From the IMG/VR virus record IMGVR_UViG_3300047157_000140: DNA of 64,000 nucleotides. One strand, written 5' to 3'. Every line of letters starts with the position of its first letter. Position 1 is the first letter of the stretch. The translations under genes were made by a program, and so were the position numbers. The DNA is from an uncultured virus (IMG/VR IMGVR_UViG_3300047157_000140) (taxonomy: Duplodnaviria > Heunggongvirae > Uroviricota > Caudoviricetes > Crassvirales). This document shows, in pieces, positions 54,173 through 64,000 of this stretch. Below the pieces are notes generated by a model. The model saw only the letters and a list, made by a program, of their open reading frames with translations. It searched no databases and was not told where the DNA came from.

Positions 54173-54934
54173 ATGTATTATTTATACCACATACCAGGTA
54201 AAAAGATTGGCGTAACGCGTAATCTTAAGAACAGAGTTACCCTTATACAAGGCTATAAGGAGAATGAGTATGAGGTTCTTGAACAGTCAGAAGATATAGA
54301 TTATATATCAGACCGTGAAATAGAACTTCAAACGTCTTATGGCTATAAAAAAGATATAAAATTATATAAAAACCTATTTAATAAAATGAAAATAAACATA
54401 ACAGAACAAACCTCAACTTTCCCTTGTCCGGTTAATAAACTAAAAGGACAACTTATGGATAACATAGGTTTAACTTGGAAGCATCCAGAGTTCGGTAAGT
54501 TTGAAATAACAAAAGAAAACATACCTTGGATAATGGCCAACGTTAAAACTTCAATGTTTAACAACGATAGAAGCTACATTTATAACAAAGCTTTTTACGA
54601 AGCTTACTACAATACAGATCACACACCTGCTAAAACAGATGAAAGGTTTGATTTAATAAGAGATTGGGCTGCTACAAGAGGCTTATATGACAAAGGTGAT
54701 TCAAATACACAATATGTCAAACTACAAGAAGAGGCTGGTGAGCTTGCTAAAGCATTGCTTAAAGATGATAAACCAGAAATTGTAGATGCTATAGGTGATA
54801 TAGTTGTAGTACTTACAAACTTAGCACACTTACAGGGATATGATATAGAATATTGTATTGATGAAGCTTATAAAGTTATAGCAGCAAGAACAGGTAAAAT
54901 GATTAACGGAACATTCGTAAAAGATGCAGATTAA
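54173..54934 (+). CDS. MazG-like NTP pyrophosphohydrolase with a GIY-YIG-like N-terminus
   Basis: C-terminal KLQEEAGELA...DAIGDIVVVL; N-terminal YYLYH...KIGVTRNLKNR. Confidence 0.75.
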   Translation: MYYLYHIPGKKIGVTRNLKNRVTLIQGYKENEYEVLEQSEDIDYISDREIELQTSYGYKKDIKLYKNLFNKMKINITEQTSTFPCPVNKLKGQLMDNIGLTWKHPEFGKFEITKENIPWIMANVKTSMFNNDRSYIYNKAFYEAYYNTDHTPAKTDERFDLIRDWAATRGLYDKGDSNTQYVKLQEEAGELAKALLKDDKPEIVDAIGDIVVVLTNLAHLQGYDIEYCIDEAYKVIAARTGKMINGTFVKDAD

Positions 54935-55211
54935 AACACAAGATAAGATAGTACAACAAGTACTAAGGAAGATGGACGAACGTAGTTTAATAGGTCAAAA
55001 GAAATATGGAGCTACTATGATGCAAGAAATTGAAGGTCAAGAAAAAGATCTTAATAGATTTCTTGTTGATGTACAAGAAGAATTAATGGACGCGTTATTA
55101 TACATTGAAGCAGCTAAAAGATGTTTACAAGATGAGGTTGAGGAAGTTGCTTATAAAAGATTTACTAGTGACGTAACTAATATAGAGGTCAATGAGGAAG
55201 AAACTTTATAA
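54924..55211 (+). CDS. Second all-alpha NTP-PPase-like protein
   Basis: ERSLIGQKKYG...QEELMDALLY. Confidence 0.55.
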   Translation: MQIKTQDKIVQQVLRKMDERSLIGQKKYGATMMQEIEGQEKDLNRFLVDVQEELMDALLYIEAAKRCLQDEVEEVAYKRFTSDVTNIEVNEEETL

Positions 55212-55647
55212 ACGCAAAAAGGGTCCAGTACAGTCAAAGAAAATAACCTATGATGGTATCAACTTTGCTTCTGGGCTCGAGCGTTATATGTATATGGCAC
55301 TACGTAAAGCTAAGATAACAGCTTTGTATGAAGGCCAAACGTTTGAGCTTTCTGAGTCTTTTGATTTTCCTTTTGAAGCATACGAAAGATGTGGTAATGG
55401 TAAAGGAGAATATAAAAACAGAGGCAAAAAGAAAATATTAAACATTAAATATACACCAGACTTTGTAGGTAAGGGTTTTATAATTGAAACTAAAGGTAGA
55501 GCTAATGAATCGTTTCCACTTAGGTGGAAGCTTTTTAAAAAGTTAATAACAGAAAGACGATTAGGACCACTTACATTATATAAACCACAAAATCATAAAG
55601 AATGCGACGAAACAGTAAGGTTAATCCTAGAGAAAGCAAAAGAGTAG
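55192..55647 (+). CDS. Endonuclease (T7 endonuclease I-like resolvase)
   Basis: FASGLE...YTPDF...IETKG. Confidence 0.8.
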   Translation: MRKKLYKRKKGPVQSKKITYDGINFASGLERYMYMALRKAKITALYEGQTFELSESFDFPFEAYERCGNGKGEYKNRGKKKILNIKYTPDFVGKGFIIETKGRANESFPLRWKLFKKLITERRLGPLTLYKPQNHKECDETVRLILEKAKE

Positions 55648-55902
55648 CTAGACAAAGATACGGAGAACGCAAACTAAACACGTGGATAAAATGGAGATGG
55701 AAACAGTTTGGTGTAATTAGATATAAAGATTTATTAAAACAATGTAAAGATTATAATATATGAAAGAAAAGAAAAATTGGAGTTTGTCATTTGGATTTTA
55801 CCCTGGTATACTGCTAGGTGTTAGATCTTACAATGAACCAGAGCAAACCACTCATGTGCTATACATACCTTTTGTAGATATAGCTTTAGAAATATTTCAC
55901 TA

Positions 55903-56862
55903 ATGGGTTTGTTTGATGAGCGCATAGCGTACAAACCGTTTGATTACCCTGAATATTATACTGAGGGTTGGTTAAAACAAGCTCAGGCGTTTTGGTTACA
56001 CACTGAAATACCTATGCAAAGTGATATTAAAGATTGGAAAGAAAAATTAGATGAAAAAGAAAAAAACCTTGTCGGGAACATACTTCTTGGATTCGCACAG
56101 ACGGAATGCGCGGTATCAGACTATTGGACCCAAAAAGTCGTATCGTGGTTTCCTAAACACGAAATAAGACAAATGGCCATGATGTTTGGCTCACAAGAAA
56201 CAGTACACGCTGTGGCTTATAGTTATTTAAATGAAACATTAAAACTAGAAGATTATGAAGCGTTTTTACACGAACCTGCAACAGCCGATCGTTTTGATAA
56301 CTTGGTTGCTTATGATGGCGACGACCCTGTGGGTATCGGAACCTCTCTTGCTATCTTCTCCGCTTTTGCAGAAGGCGTTAGCTTATATAGTGCCTTTGCT
56401 GTTCTTTATAGTTTTCAGCTACGCAATTTACTTAAAGGCATCGGACAACAAATGAAATGGTCCGTGAGAGATGAAAGCTTACATAGTAAAATGGGTTGTC
56501 AGTTGTTCAGACATATGTGTGAAGAAAATAAAACACTTTTAAAAGACTGTGAATCAGACATATATAAAGCAGCTAATACTATGGTTGAATTAGAGGAAAA
56601 GTATATAGATAAAATGTTTGAAATGGGTGACATTGAAGGTATTAAAGCTTACGACTTAAAACAATTTATAAGAAAAAGAGCTAATGAAAAACTTATTGAA
56701 CTTGGTTACAAAGAAGCTTTCGAGTTTGACGAAAAAGCAGCTGACAACCTTAGTTGGTTTTATCATCTTACCGGGGGCGTCACTCATACTGATTTCTTCG
56801 CTATTAGGCCGACTGACTATAGTAAAGCAAATGAAGGAGAAGATTTCGAAGACATATGGTAA
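55903..56862 (+). CDS. nrdB: Class I ribonucleotide reductase beta subunit
   Basis: FWLHTE, ETVHAVAY, AEGVSLY, RDESLH and C-terminal DFFAIRPTDY. Confidence 0.93.
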   Translation: MGLFDERIAYKPFDYPEYYTEGWLKQAQAFWLHTEIPMQSDIKDWKEKLDEKEKNLVGNILLGFAQTECAVSDYWTQKVVSWFPKHEIRQMAMMFGSQETVHAVAYSYLNETLKLEDYEAFLHEPATADRFDNLVAYDGDDPVGIGTSLAIFSAFAEGVSLYSAFAVLYSFQLRNLLKGIGQQMKWSVRDESLHSKMGCQLFRHMCEENKTLLKDCESDIYKAANTMVELEEKYIDKMFEMGDIEGIKAYDLKQFIRKRANEKLIELGYKEAFEFDEKAADNLSWFYHLTGGVTHTDFFAIRPTDYSKANEGEDFEDIW

Positions 56863-57108
56863 CAAGAAGAAAACTACTTAAGCTTTTAGCTTACACAAAT
56901 AAGTTAACATCATATCAAAAGTTTCGCATCACGTGTAGGTTACATGGGTGCGGGTTTTTTGATAGCAGGGCAATGGACATTAGATCCTAGGCTTTTCATG
57001 ATAGGTTTTATATGTGTTATAGTACAAACATCATCAAGAAAACAATGGAACTTAGTTGCATTGAATATTAATGGGCTAATAGCTTGGATAACTCATTTTA
57101 TAAAATAT
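56856..57108 (+). CDS. Small membrane protein between nrdB and nrdA (indels)
   Basis: Hydrophobic 'GAGFLIAGQW...FMIGFICVIVQ...WNLVALNINGLIAW'; fused to nrdA in the ORF track, probably by error. Confidence 0.5.
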
Positions 57109-58828
57109 ATGTGGAACAATGAATGGAAAAAAGGTGAAGACTACCCAAAGTGGGGAGACACCGAAGTATATAAAAAAACAATATCTGGAGGATACTTATA
57201 TCAAGGAGAAACACCTAAGGAGGCTTATAAAAGAGTCGCGAAAACGGTTGCTCGTAGATTATATAAGCCAGAAATGGCAGAAACTTTCTTTGAGTATATT
57301 TGGAATGGTTGGCTATGCTTGGCTAGTCCGGTACTTAGTAATACAGGTACTGATCGCGGTTTACCTATTAGCTGTTTTGGTATCGATGTGGCTGATAGTA
57401 TACAAGACATTGGACAAAAAAACTTAGAGATGATGCTACTCGCTAAGCACGGCGGTGGAGTTGGTATCGGTATAAATCAAATAAGACCCGCCGGCGCTAA
57501 AATAACAGGAAATGGAACAAGTGATGGAGTTGTGCCGTTTTGTAAAATATACGATTCAACTATACTTGCCACTAATCAAGGATCTGTCCGAAGAGGAGCT
57601 GCATCAGTTAATATCAATATTGAGCATGCCGATTTCGAAGAGTGGCTTGAAATTAGAGAACCTAAAGGAGACGTCAATCGTCAATCGCTCAACTTACACC
57701 AGTGCGCTGTGGTCGGCGATAAGTTCATGCGAAGACTTGAAGCAGGAGATAAACAAGCTAGAAAAAGATGGAGTAAACTTCTTCAAAAGCGTAAAGCAAC
57801 TGGAGAACCTTATATCCTATTTAAAGGGAAACACAAACAAAAATAACCCAAAGCATACAAAGATAACGGTCTCAAAGTTCATATGACAAACATATGTTCA
57901 GAAATAACGTTACACACTGATGAAAATCATAGTTTTGTATGTTGTTTATCATCATTAAATTTAGCTAAATATGAAGAATGGAAAGGTACAAACCTTATTT
58001 ATGACAGTATATGGTTCCTTGATGGAGTCATGGAAGAGTTTATACAACGAGCTAAAGGCTTACGAGGCTTTGAAAACGCGGTTAGGTCAGCTACGAAAGG
58101 AAGAGCGCTTGGCCTTGGGAGTTTTGGGCTGGCACACGTACTTACAAGAAAAAGGTATCTCGTTCGAAGGTTTACTTGCTCAGTTTGAAACTAGGAAAAT
58201 TTTTAGTCAAATTAAAATTGAAAGTGAAAGAGCTAGTATGGCACTTGCAGAAACTTACGGAGAACCTTTATGGTGTTCTGGAACTGGTATGCGTAATACT
58301 CATTTACGTGCTGTTGCTCCTACTGTTTCTAATAGTAAGCTTAGTGGAAATGTTTCGCCGGGTATAGAACCTTGGGCTGCAAATGTTTTTACAGAACAAC
58401 AGCTAAAGGTACTTTTATACGTAAAAATCCTACTTAGTTAAACTATTAAGAAAACTTAAAATAAATAACAATGAAACGTGGGATAAAATACTTGCCGATG
58501 GTGGTAGTGTACAAGATCTTGCTGAGCTTGATGATGTTGTTATGGCACACGACGTCACCCGCAAAGGAGGTATTTAAAACTTTTAAGGAGATTAATCAAC
58601 TAGAATTAGTTAATCAAGCTGGACTGAGACAGCAGTATGTAGATCAGTCAGTTAGTTTGAACTTAGCTTTTCCTAGTGTAGCTACGCCTAAATGGCTTAA
58701 CAAAGTTCATTTTGAAGCTTGGAAAAAAGGTGTTAAAACTTTATATTATACAAGGACTGAATCAGTGCTTACGTGGAGATATTGCTACTCAAGCTATGAA
58801 TGAAGATTGTTTAGCTTGTGATGGATAA
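57109..58828 (+). CDS. nrdA: Class I ribonucleotide reductase alpha subunit, no ATP cone (frameshifted)
   Basis: PISCF, GGGVG, RRGAA, TNICSEI, CCLSS, APT, DQSVSLN, KTLYY and C-terminal CLAC. Confidence 0.92.
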
Positions 58829-58860
58829 AAATAAAGGGGGATTAATTTCCCCCTTTTTTC
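58827..58860. terminator. Bidirectional terminator at the strand convergence
   Basis: AAAGGGGGA-TTAATT-TCCCCCTTTTTT. Confidence 0.8.
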
Positions 58861-59210
58861 ATTCTAATAGCCTTGTTTTGATCTGACGTAGCAGGTTTGC
58901 TAACAGGCTTATTATTGTTGTTGCTATTATTATTGTTTGAATTATTATTATTACTAGGGCTATATATAGGCCTGTTGTTGTAATAAGGTTGATAGTAACC
59001 AGGATATTGATTCCAGTTATTATAATAGTTATTGGGATACCTTACTATTTTATAATACACATTAGGCCTTATCATGTTTATAGGCAATCTAAGAGTATCA
59101 CCAGTTTCTGTAACAGCTAAAACATGTGTTACCATTATTTTAGGTTTTTGATCTTGCACAGCACAGCTACCTAACACTATGCTTAATAAAATTAAAATTG
59201 ATTTTTTCAT
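58842..59210 (-). CDS. Lipoprotein
   Basis: MKKSILILLSIVLGS-C lipobox; Asn/Tyr/Pro low-complexity tail. Confidence 0.7.
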   Translation of the reverse strand: MKKSILILLSIVLGSCAVQDQKPKIMVTHVLAVTETGDTLRLPINMIRPNVYYKIVRYPNNYYNNWNQYPGYYQPYYNNRPIYSPSNNNNSNNNNSNNNNKPVSKPATSDQNKAIRMKKGGN

Positions 59211-59214
59211 ATAA

Positions 59215-59622
59215 TTAACATTTCCAACGTCTACGCGCTGCTTTACCTCTTTCACCAGTCCAACCCTTGGATCTAGCACAGAAAGATTTTCTTCTTTTAG
59301 CAGCTTTACTACCTGGCTTTACATCACCAGTAACTGCTGTTTGTAAATTACTACCTGGGTTTTTAGCCTTATAAGCTTTAACACCTGTTGATGTCATACC
59401 AGCGCCTTCTTCAGTAGATCTAAAGTTTCTGCCTTTACCTTTAGTAGTTTTTCTTATTTCTCTTTTGTTTTTTCTTTCAGCTCTACGTTCAGTTCTAAAC
59501 TCTTTACGTTCAGCTCTAGATTCTTTTCTCTCTTCCTTTGTTCTCTTTTTACTTGGAGAAGAGCATTCTTTTTTTAACAAAGGAGAATTATATAGTGCTC
59601 TCTGTCTAGCTAACCAAGTCAT
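59215..59622 (-). CDS. Very basic hypothetical protein
   Basis: Lys/Arg-rich; 'NPGSNLQTAVTG...RRKSFCARS...RRRWKC'. Confidence 0.65.
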   Translation of the reverse strand: MTWLARQRALYNSPLLKKECSSPSKKRTKEERKESRAERKEFRTERRAERKNKREIRKTTKGKGRNFRSTEEGAGMTSTGVKAYKAKNPGSNLQTAVTGDVKPGSKAAKRRKSFCARSKGWTGERGKAARRRWKC

Positions 59623-59783
59623 TATTTAGGTACACATTCATTAACTTGTTTAGGCGAACCGTCAGCGTTTTTCTTACCACTAGGTGAGTCTTGCAAGCCT
59701 ACCTTCTTATGTGTTTTCCAACAATTTATTTTTGCTGGTGATCTAAAATGTGTTACGCTTTGTACTTTTTTACATATACTCAT
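59622..59783 (-). CDS. 53-aa peptide missing from the ORF track
   Basis: MSICKKVQSVTHFRSPAKINCWKTHKKVGLQDSPSGKKNADGSPKQVNECVPK; coupled to both neighbours. Confidence 0.6.
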   Translation of the reverse strand: MSICKKVQSVTHFRSPAKINCWKTHKKVGLQDSPSGKKNADGSPKQVNECVPK

Positions 59784-60234
59784 ATTACCATGTATTTAGT
59801 TTTGTTATTTTCGTCTTGTATACGCTTTTAAACATCTATTTCTATTCTTATCCTCAGATACATAACTTATATGCACCCAGTTAGGATTTTCATCCGTACC
59901 AAATTCCCATATCATCTGATCGTAATCTAAGTTTGCTTTTATCCACTTATACATCTCTGCATTAGTAGCATGACCATATGTATCATCAATATCAATTGCT
60001 TGACCATTACAATGTTGTGATTTAGAACTTCCGCCAATAGCTTTGTTAAGTTCAGGTCCACGATAAAACGAGTTGATCTTTATAGGACCTCCTACGTGCT
60101 TTCTAAGAGGCTCAAACACTTTTTCTGATATAGTAATCATGTTTAATAAATGATCATCAGTAGGATCGTTTTTAAACCTAGCCTTTCAGCTGTTATGCTA
60201 TACACTCCTTCGTGTAGACTTACGTGCTTATCAT
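59780..60234 (-). CDS. Peptidase M15-type endolysin (indels)
   Basis: SFYR..LNKAIGG...SQHCNGQAID...WVHIS zinc motifs. Confidence 0.85.
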
Positions 60235-60437
60235 TTTTCTTTTTTCTACCTTTACGAGCCTTACCTTTAACAGCGTCTGTTATGTCAGCCACTTGGCTAC
60301 CAACTTCTTTTATCAGCAACATCTATTTCTTCCTTAACAGCTTTAACTCTTTTTTTAGTTTCTTTAACTGTAGCTATAACTTTTTCATCTATAGTAGTTT
60401 TACCTAAAACCCAGTTCCAAAATGACACATTAATCAT

Positions 60438-60857
60438 TTATTCAAATTTACTTGCTTTGTTTAATTTCGTATTATTGATTCTTGAATTTCTTTTAAATCC
60501 TGCAGGTAATTCAAGATCTAAACCAGCTTTAAAAACTGTTTCTTTTATACCACCTTTAAATATAATAATTGTAGGTGCCATACGAACTCTATATTTCTTT
60601 TTTGCAACTGGAGCTTTAGCTATATCAACTCTATAATACGTCGCATCTTGTAGTTGTTCCCATTCAGCAAAACAATTAACTTCATTAAACTTAGCCCAAA
60701 ACTCTACAACAATAGGTATACTATCATCATCACCAAAAGCATGGTGTCCACTTATTTTATCTTCAAAATTTGATCATCTAATCCAGTATTTATCAGGAAC
60801 TTCTGATTGGCTATATGATAAAAATGGTATTAATAATAATAAAATTAAGTATTTCAT
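60438..60857 (-). CDS. Secreted thioredoxin-fold-like protein lacking CxxC (indels)
   Basis: Signal peptide, 'IVVEFWAKFN' and 'YRVRMAPTIIIFKGG'. Confidence 0.5.
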
Positions 60858-61180
60858 TATCTATTTTTTTGTATCTCGTATAATCTTTCATCTATCTTAT
60901 CTAGTTGCTCTAATATCATCTTCTACATCTTCTTGAGTGTCCATATTGTCTGACGAATCAATTCGTCTTTTAATCATATTCTGATTCTATAGATAACAGG
61001 TTCAGGTAATTCTTTAGCTAAAGCTATATCTGCTTTAAACTAAACCAAACACCAGCTAAAGATATTATAGCCAAATATTACATGCTCCTATTGTTTTTAA
61101 TGATATACCAAAATCTGGTTTACCATCACCATCTATATCTATACCTATTTGATGTATTTTCGTCGATATTCTTTGCCATT

Positions 61181-61486
61181 TTATTTCTCTTTTAATTCTT
61201 CAATTGTTGCTATAAGTTTTTCTACATCTTTCTGTAGGTATTCAATTCTTAAATCTTGCTTAGCATCATCAGGTAAAGCACCCATTTCACCTCTAGGCCA
61301 TTTTATTCTAAACTCATCGTTTAATGTTTGATTATATTCTAATCTAACAATTATAGAAGCTTCTATGTTACTTATTTTTGCTGTTAAATCAAACCATATA
61401 CCAGCTACAGATATAATACCTATAATTATACCTATTAATGTTTTTATATCAAGTTTTACTTCTGATTTTTCTGATAATTCTTCCAT
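61181..61486 (-). CDS. Membrane-anchored coiled-coil protein
   Basis: One TM helix (LIGIIIGIISVAGIWF) followed by a coiled coil. Confidence 0.6.
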   Translation of the reverse strand: MEELSEKSEVKLDIKTLIGIIIGIISVAGIWFDLTAKISNIEASIIVRLEYNQTLNDEFRIKWPRGEMGALPDDAKQDLRIEYLQKDVEKLIATIEELKEK

Positions 61487-62663
61487 TATCTAAAGGTATA
61501 TTAATCCAAAATTAGTTAAGTATATTTCACTATCCCAAAACTTAGTATATTCACCTTCAATAAACAAACCTATTGATTTACTAATTTTCCAACCCAACAT
61601 TAACCAGCTTGATAGTCACTCCATTGTTCTGGTCTAATAATTATTTTATTAAACCACCTTTACCCCAGTTGTTTCTGTTAAATAGCTAAAATCTTCATCA
61701 CCTTGTATATATTTATGGTAAGGTAATATCCAATTACCATAAGCATGTAGCCAAAAGTTATTTTTGTAATGGTAAAAGTCAAAACCTACAATAGGTGCAA
61801 TTTCACCAAAAGGATCTAATCAGCCCAAGCTTCATTGATTGTATCTATTCAATAAATCAGGCAATTATTCTGTCTCTAAAATCAGCATCTGTATAAGCAA
61901 CAATATCTCCTTGTTCATTTTTCCAATACCAATCATATGTTTGTTACCAAACTCATCATTTTGTGAATAGTATAAGTCATCATAACCATATTCAAAACCT
62001 AAAGAATACCATGGGTTTAGCAGCATACCATTTTCATCTTGTTCATTTAACCATATTTCTACTGGATTATAACCATAAGGACGTTGATGTGTACGATATA
62101 TTGCACCAGCAGATATACTAAGTTTCTTACCAATAGGTAACCTGGCTCTTAATTCACCAGATGTGTATTTAAACCCTACATTACCAGTTTCTCTAGCTTC
62201 AAATTTTAGCTATGTGATATTTACCTGTGTGTCTTATAAATAATCTTTTATTTTAAATTCATCACCATTCATCTTTCTTTTTCCCAATGTAACAAATATT
62301 CTAAACCTTTACAGCTGATGTAGGTGCTGATAAACCTATTTGTTTTTCTTCGGTACCACCTGTAAAAAGTTACCTGGTTTTACTTTCGTAATCAAACCTA
62401 GCTAGCTTACGTATACCAAAACCATATCTATAATCAAAGGGTGATAGTACTGCTCTGATCTATCTACCTCTGGTATACCATAAAAATCTTGTGGATCTGT
62501 ACGTATAAAATACTTTGGCACTTCAGATTTAGCGTTTTCTATATTACCAGCCGCGTATAGAACTGTACCGTATTTTAAGAAATCATTGTATAATTCTTTA
62601 AAAAATTGTGCATTAGCATTGCTGCTTAATAGCATAATTAGTATAAATTAGCAAATGTCTCAT
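61486..62663 (-). CDS. Exported aromatic-rich protein, possible outer-membrane beta-barrel (frameshifted)
   Basis: Signal peptide (..SSNANA-QFF), alternating-residue strands (IVGFDFYHY, FWLHAYGN, IGLFIEGEY), C-terminus ending ..TFR. Confidence 0.45.
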
Positions 62664-62700
62664 ATGTTAAGTCTTATTTATAGTTAAGTATCACTTGTTT

Positions 62701-64000
62701 TTATTTTTCTTAATTTTTTTATTCTTGAAGGTGCTTTTTTTCTTTTTTACCTTTAAGTTTTTTATTTAGAATTAGCAGATCTTGATTCTTCATATGGGTT
62801 AACTCCTACATCCCAAGTACTCCAACCTAATAGACATAGCTATTCTTTGCCAAGCAGCATTTGCTCTATCCATAGCTTCTTTTAAATTATTTATAATCAT
62901 ACAGCTCTATCTAACGGTACGTTAGTTGTAGCTGATACAACATTACCTATAGCTAATAAGAAGGATTATCTAATCCAAAACCATTATTTTCTATTTTTTT
63001 TGTTAAACTTGTATGTTTGAAAGCACTATATAATTTTCTTAGTTTACTACCAACTGGTGGAGATATGTTAGCCGCTCTATCATAGTATAAGTATGATCAG
63101 CTGACCTTTTATTTTCTTGTTCTAAAAACTTCATTATAATATTTTTACCTGTAGAAGCAACCAGCACCATATATACCAGAACCTCTTAACATAGTATCAG
63201 CCATGTTATTTATTTGCTGTTCTTTTTTTCTTATTTCAAATCTTCTTCATCTTCACCACCAAACAACAACCAAACATAGCGTTTTGTAACCTGTAAACAT
63301 AAATTTTGTATTGCCCCATAGTAAGCTATTTTAGATACATTAGTTTTCCAATCACCTCTACCGTTTTTAATATCTAAATGCTTTTTAGTTAATCTCTAGT
63401 ATACTGCATTGGTGTATTTTGAAAAGCTAATATTAATCTACCTAATGGACCTGCTTGTTGTTGTGATATTCATATCAGGTCTTGCTGACTGCTGTGCTTT
63501 TTCTGAAGCCTCTCAGCAAAATCTTCAAAAGCTTTTTTTCAGCTTCTTTTCAGATAAACCTTCTTTTAAATAAGTGTTTAATTCTATTTCTATAAAAGTA
63601 GCACCACCAGAAGCTATAGCAAAACTATCAGCTATTTGAGTAGGTGTAAAACCTTTTTTAATAAATAAGCTATAGCTGCATGCGCTTTGTTTTTAGAGTT
63701 AGCAACAGCACTAGCTATTTCAGCTTCGTTTACATCACTTTGTAACCTGATCTTCTTTGCTTTAAAGTGGTGAATTAAATATCATAGCTAAAATCTTTCC
63801 AATATTGTGGTTGATTAGCAAAAGCTTTACCGGCTTTTAATGGGTTGTTGTCACTCCAGTTTATAAAGTTATACTAGATATTGTTTGTAAGTAAAGCTGA
63901 TCTCATATTAAAGAACATTATAGCACCAACAGAGTTGTTAACCCAATTCATAAAACCGTTGACCAATCTGTTCTGTACCAAAGTTTCTATTAGTACCGTT
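62701..64000 (-). CDS. C-terminal part of a giant virion protein (frameshifted; enters from the right edge)
   Basis: Continuous coding signal (GFTPTQIADSFAIASGGATFYRNR, GRLILAFQNTPMQY, NISPPVGSKLRK, GWSTWD); probably the same gene as 1..4909. Confidence 0.65.

Noticed and set aside
56944..57846. Apparent membrane-anchored NrdA fusion
   Set aside because: A separate ATG at 57109 begins a normal NrdA and the upstream hydrophobic ORF has its own indels; the fusion is probably a lost stop codon

Overview
AT-rich, podovirus-like dsDNA phage, probably infecting Bacteroidota/Flavobacteriia (inferred from A-rich, SD-less translation starts and gene content). The window looks like almost a whole circularly permuted genome, because both edges appear to fall inside one giant virion gene. 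Minus strand 1-41240 is the virion/late module: giant internal polyprotein, ejection and tail proteins, major capsid, scaffold, portal, TerL/TerS, a ~7.8 kb tail fibre with an S74 chaperone, holin, small xPxK-motif proteins with an HExxH protease, and GroES/GroEL. 41240-41720 is a non-coding switch region with inverted and direct TGACA repeats. Plus strand 41720-58830 carries small early genes behind six copies of a 33-bp promoter-like motif, an array of structured RNAs (tRNA-Met(CAT) and a tmRNA-like mini-RNA), ligase, sigma factor, ERF, exonuclease, SSB, primase-helicase, a ThyA-fold enzyme, MazG-like proteins, an endonuclease and nrdB/nrdA. No DNA polymerase was seen. Minus strand 58840-64000 holds lysis/envelope genes and the polyprotein C-terminus. 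Many indels (1-2.6 kb, 18.6-24.6 kb, 51-53.5 kb, 57.8-64 kb) look like long-read errors, so coordinates there are approximate. Best leads: a 108-nt tmRNA tRNA-like domain without an mRNA domain inside a six-unit ncRNA array, a sigma-region-2-like domain inside the virion polyprotein that could read the early promoters, a Rep/iteron-like TGACA system, and a DNA-level conserved 14-mer dividing the tail fibre into modules. All functional calls come from motif reading, with no database searches.
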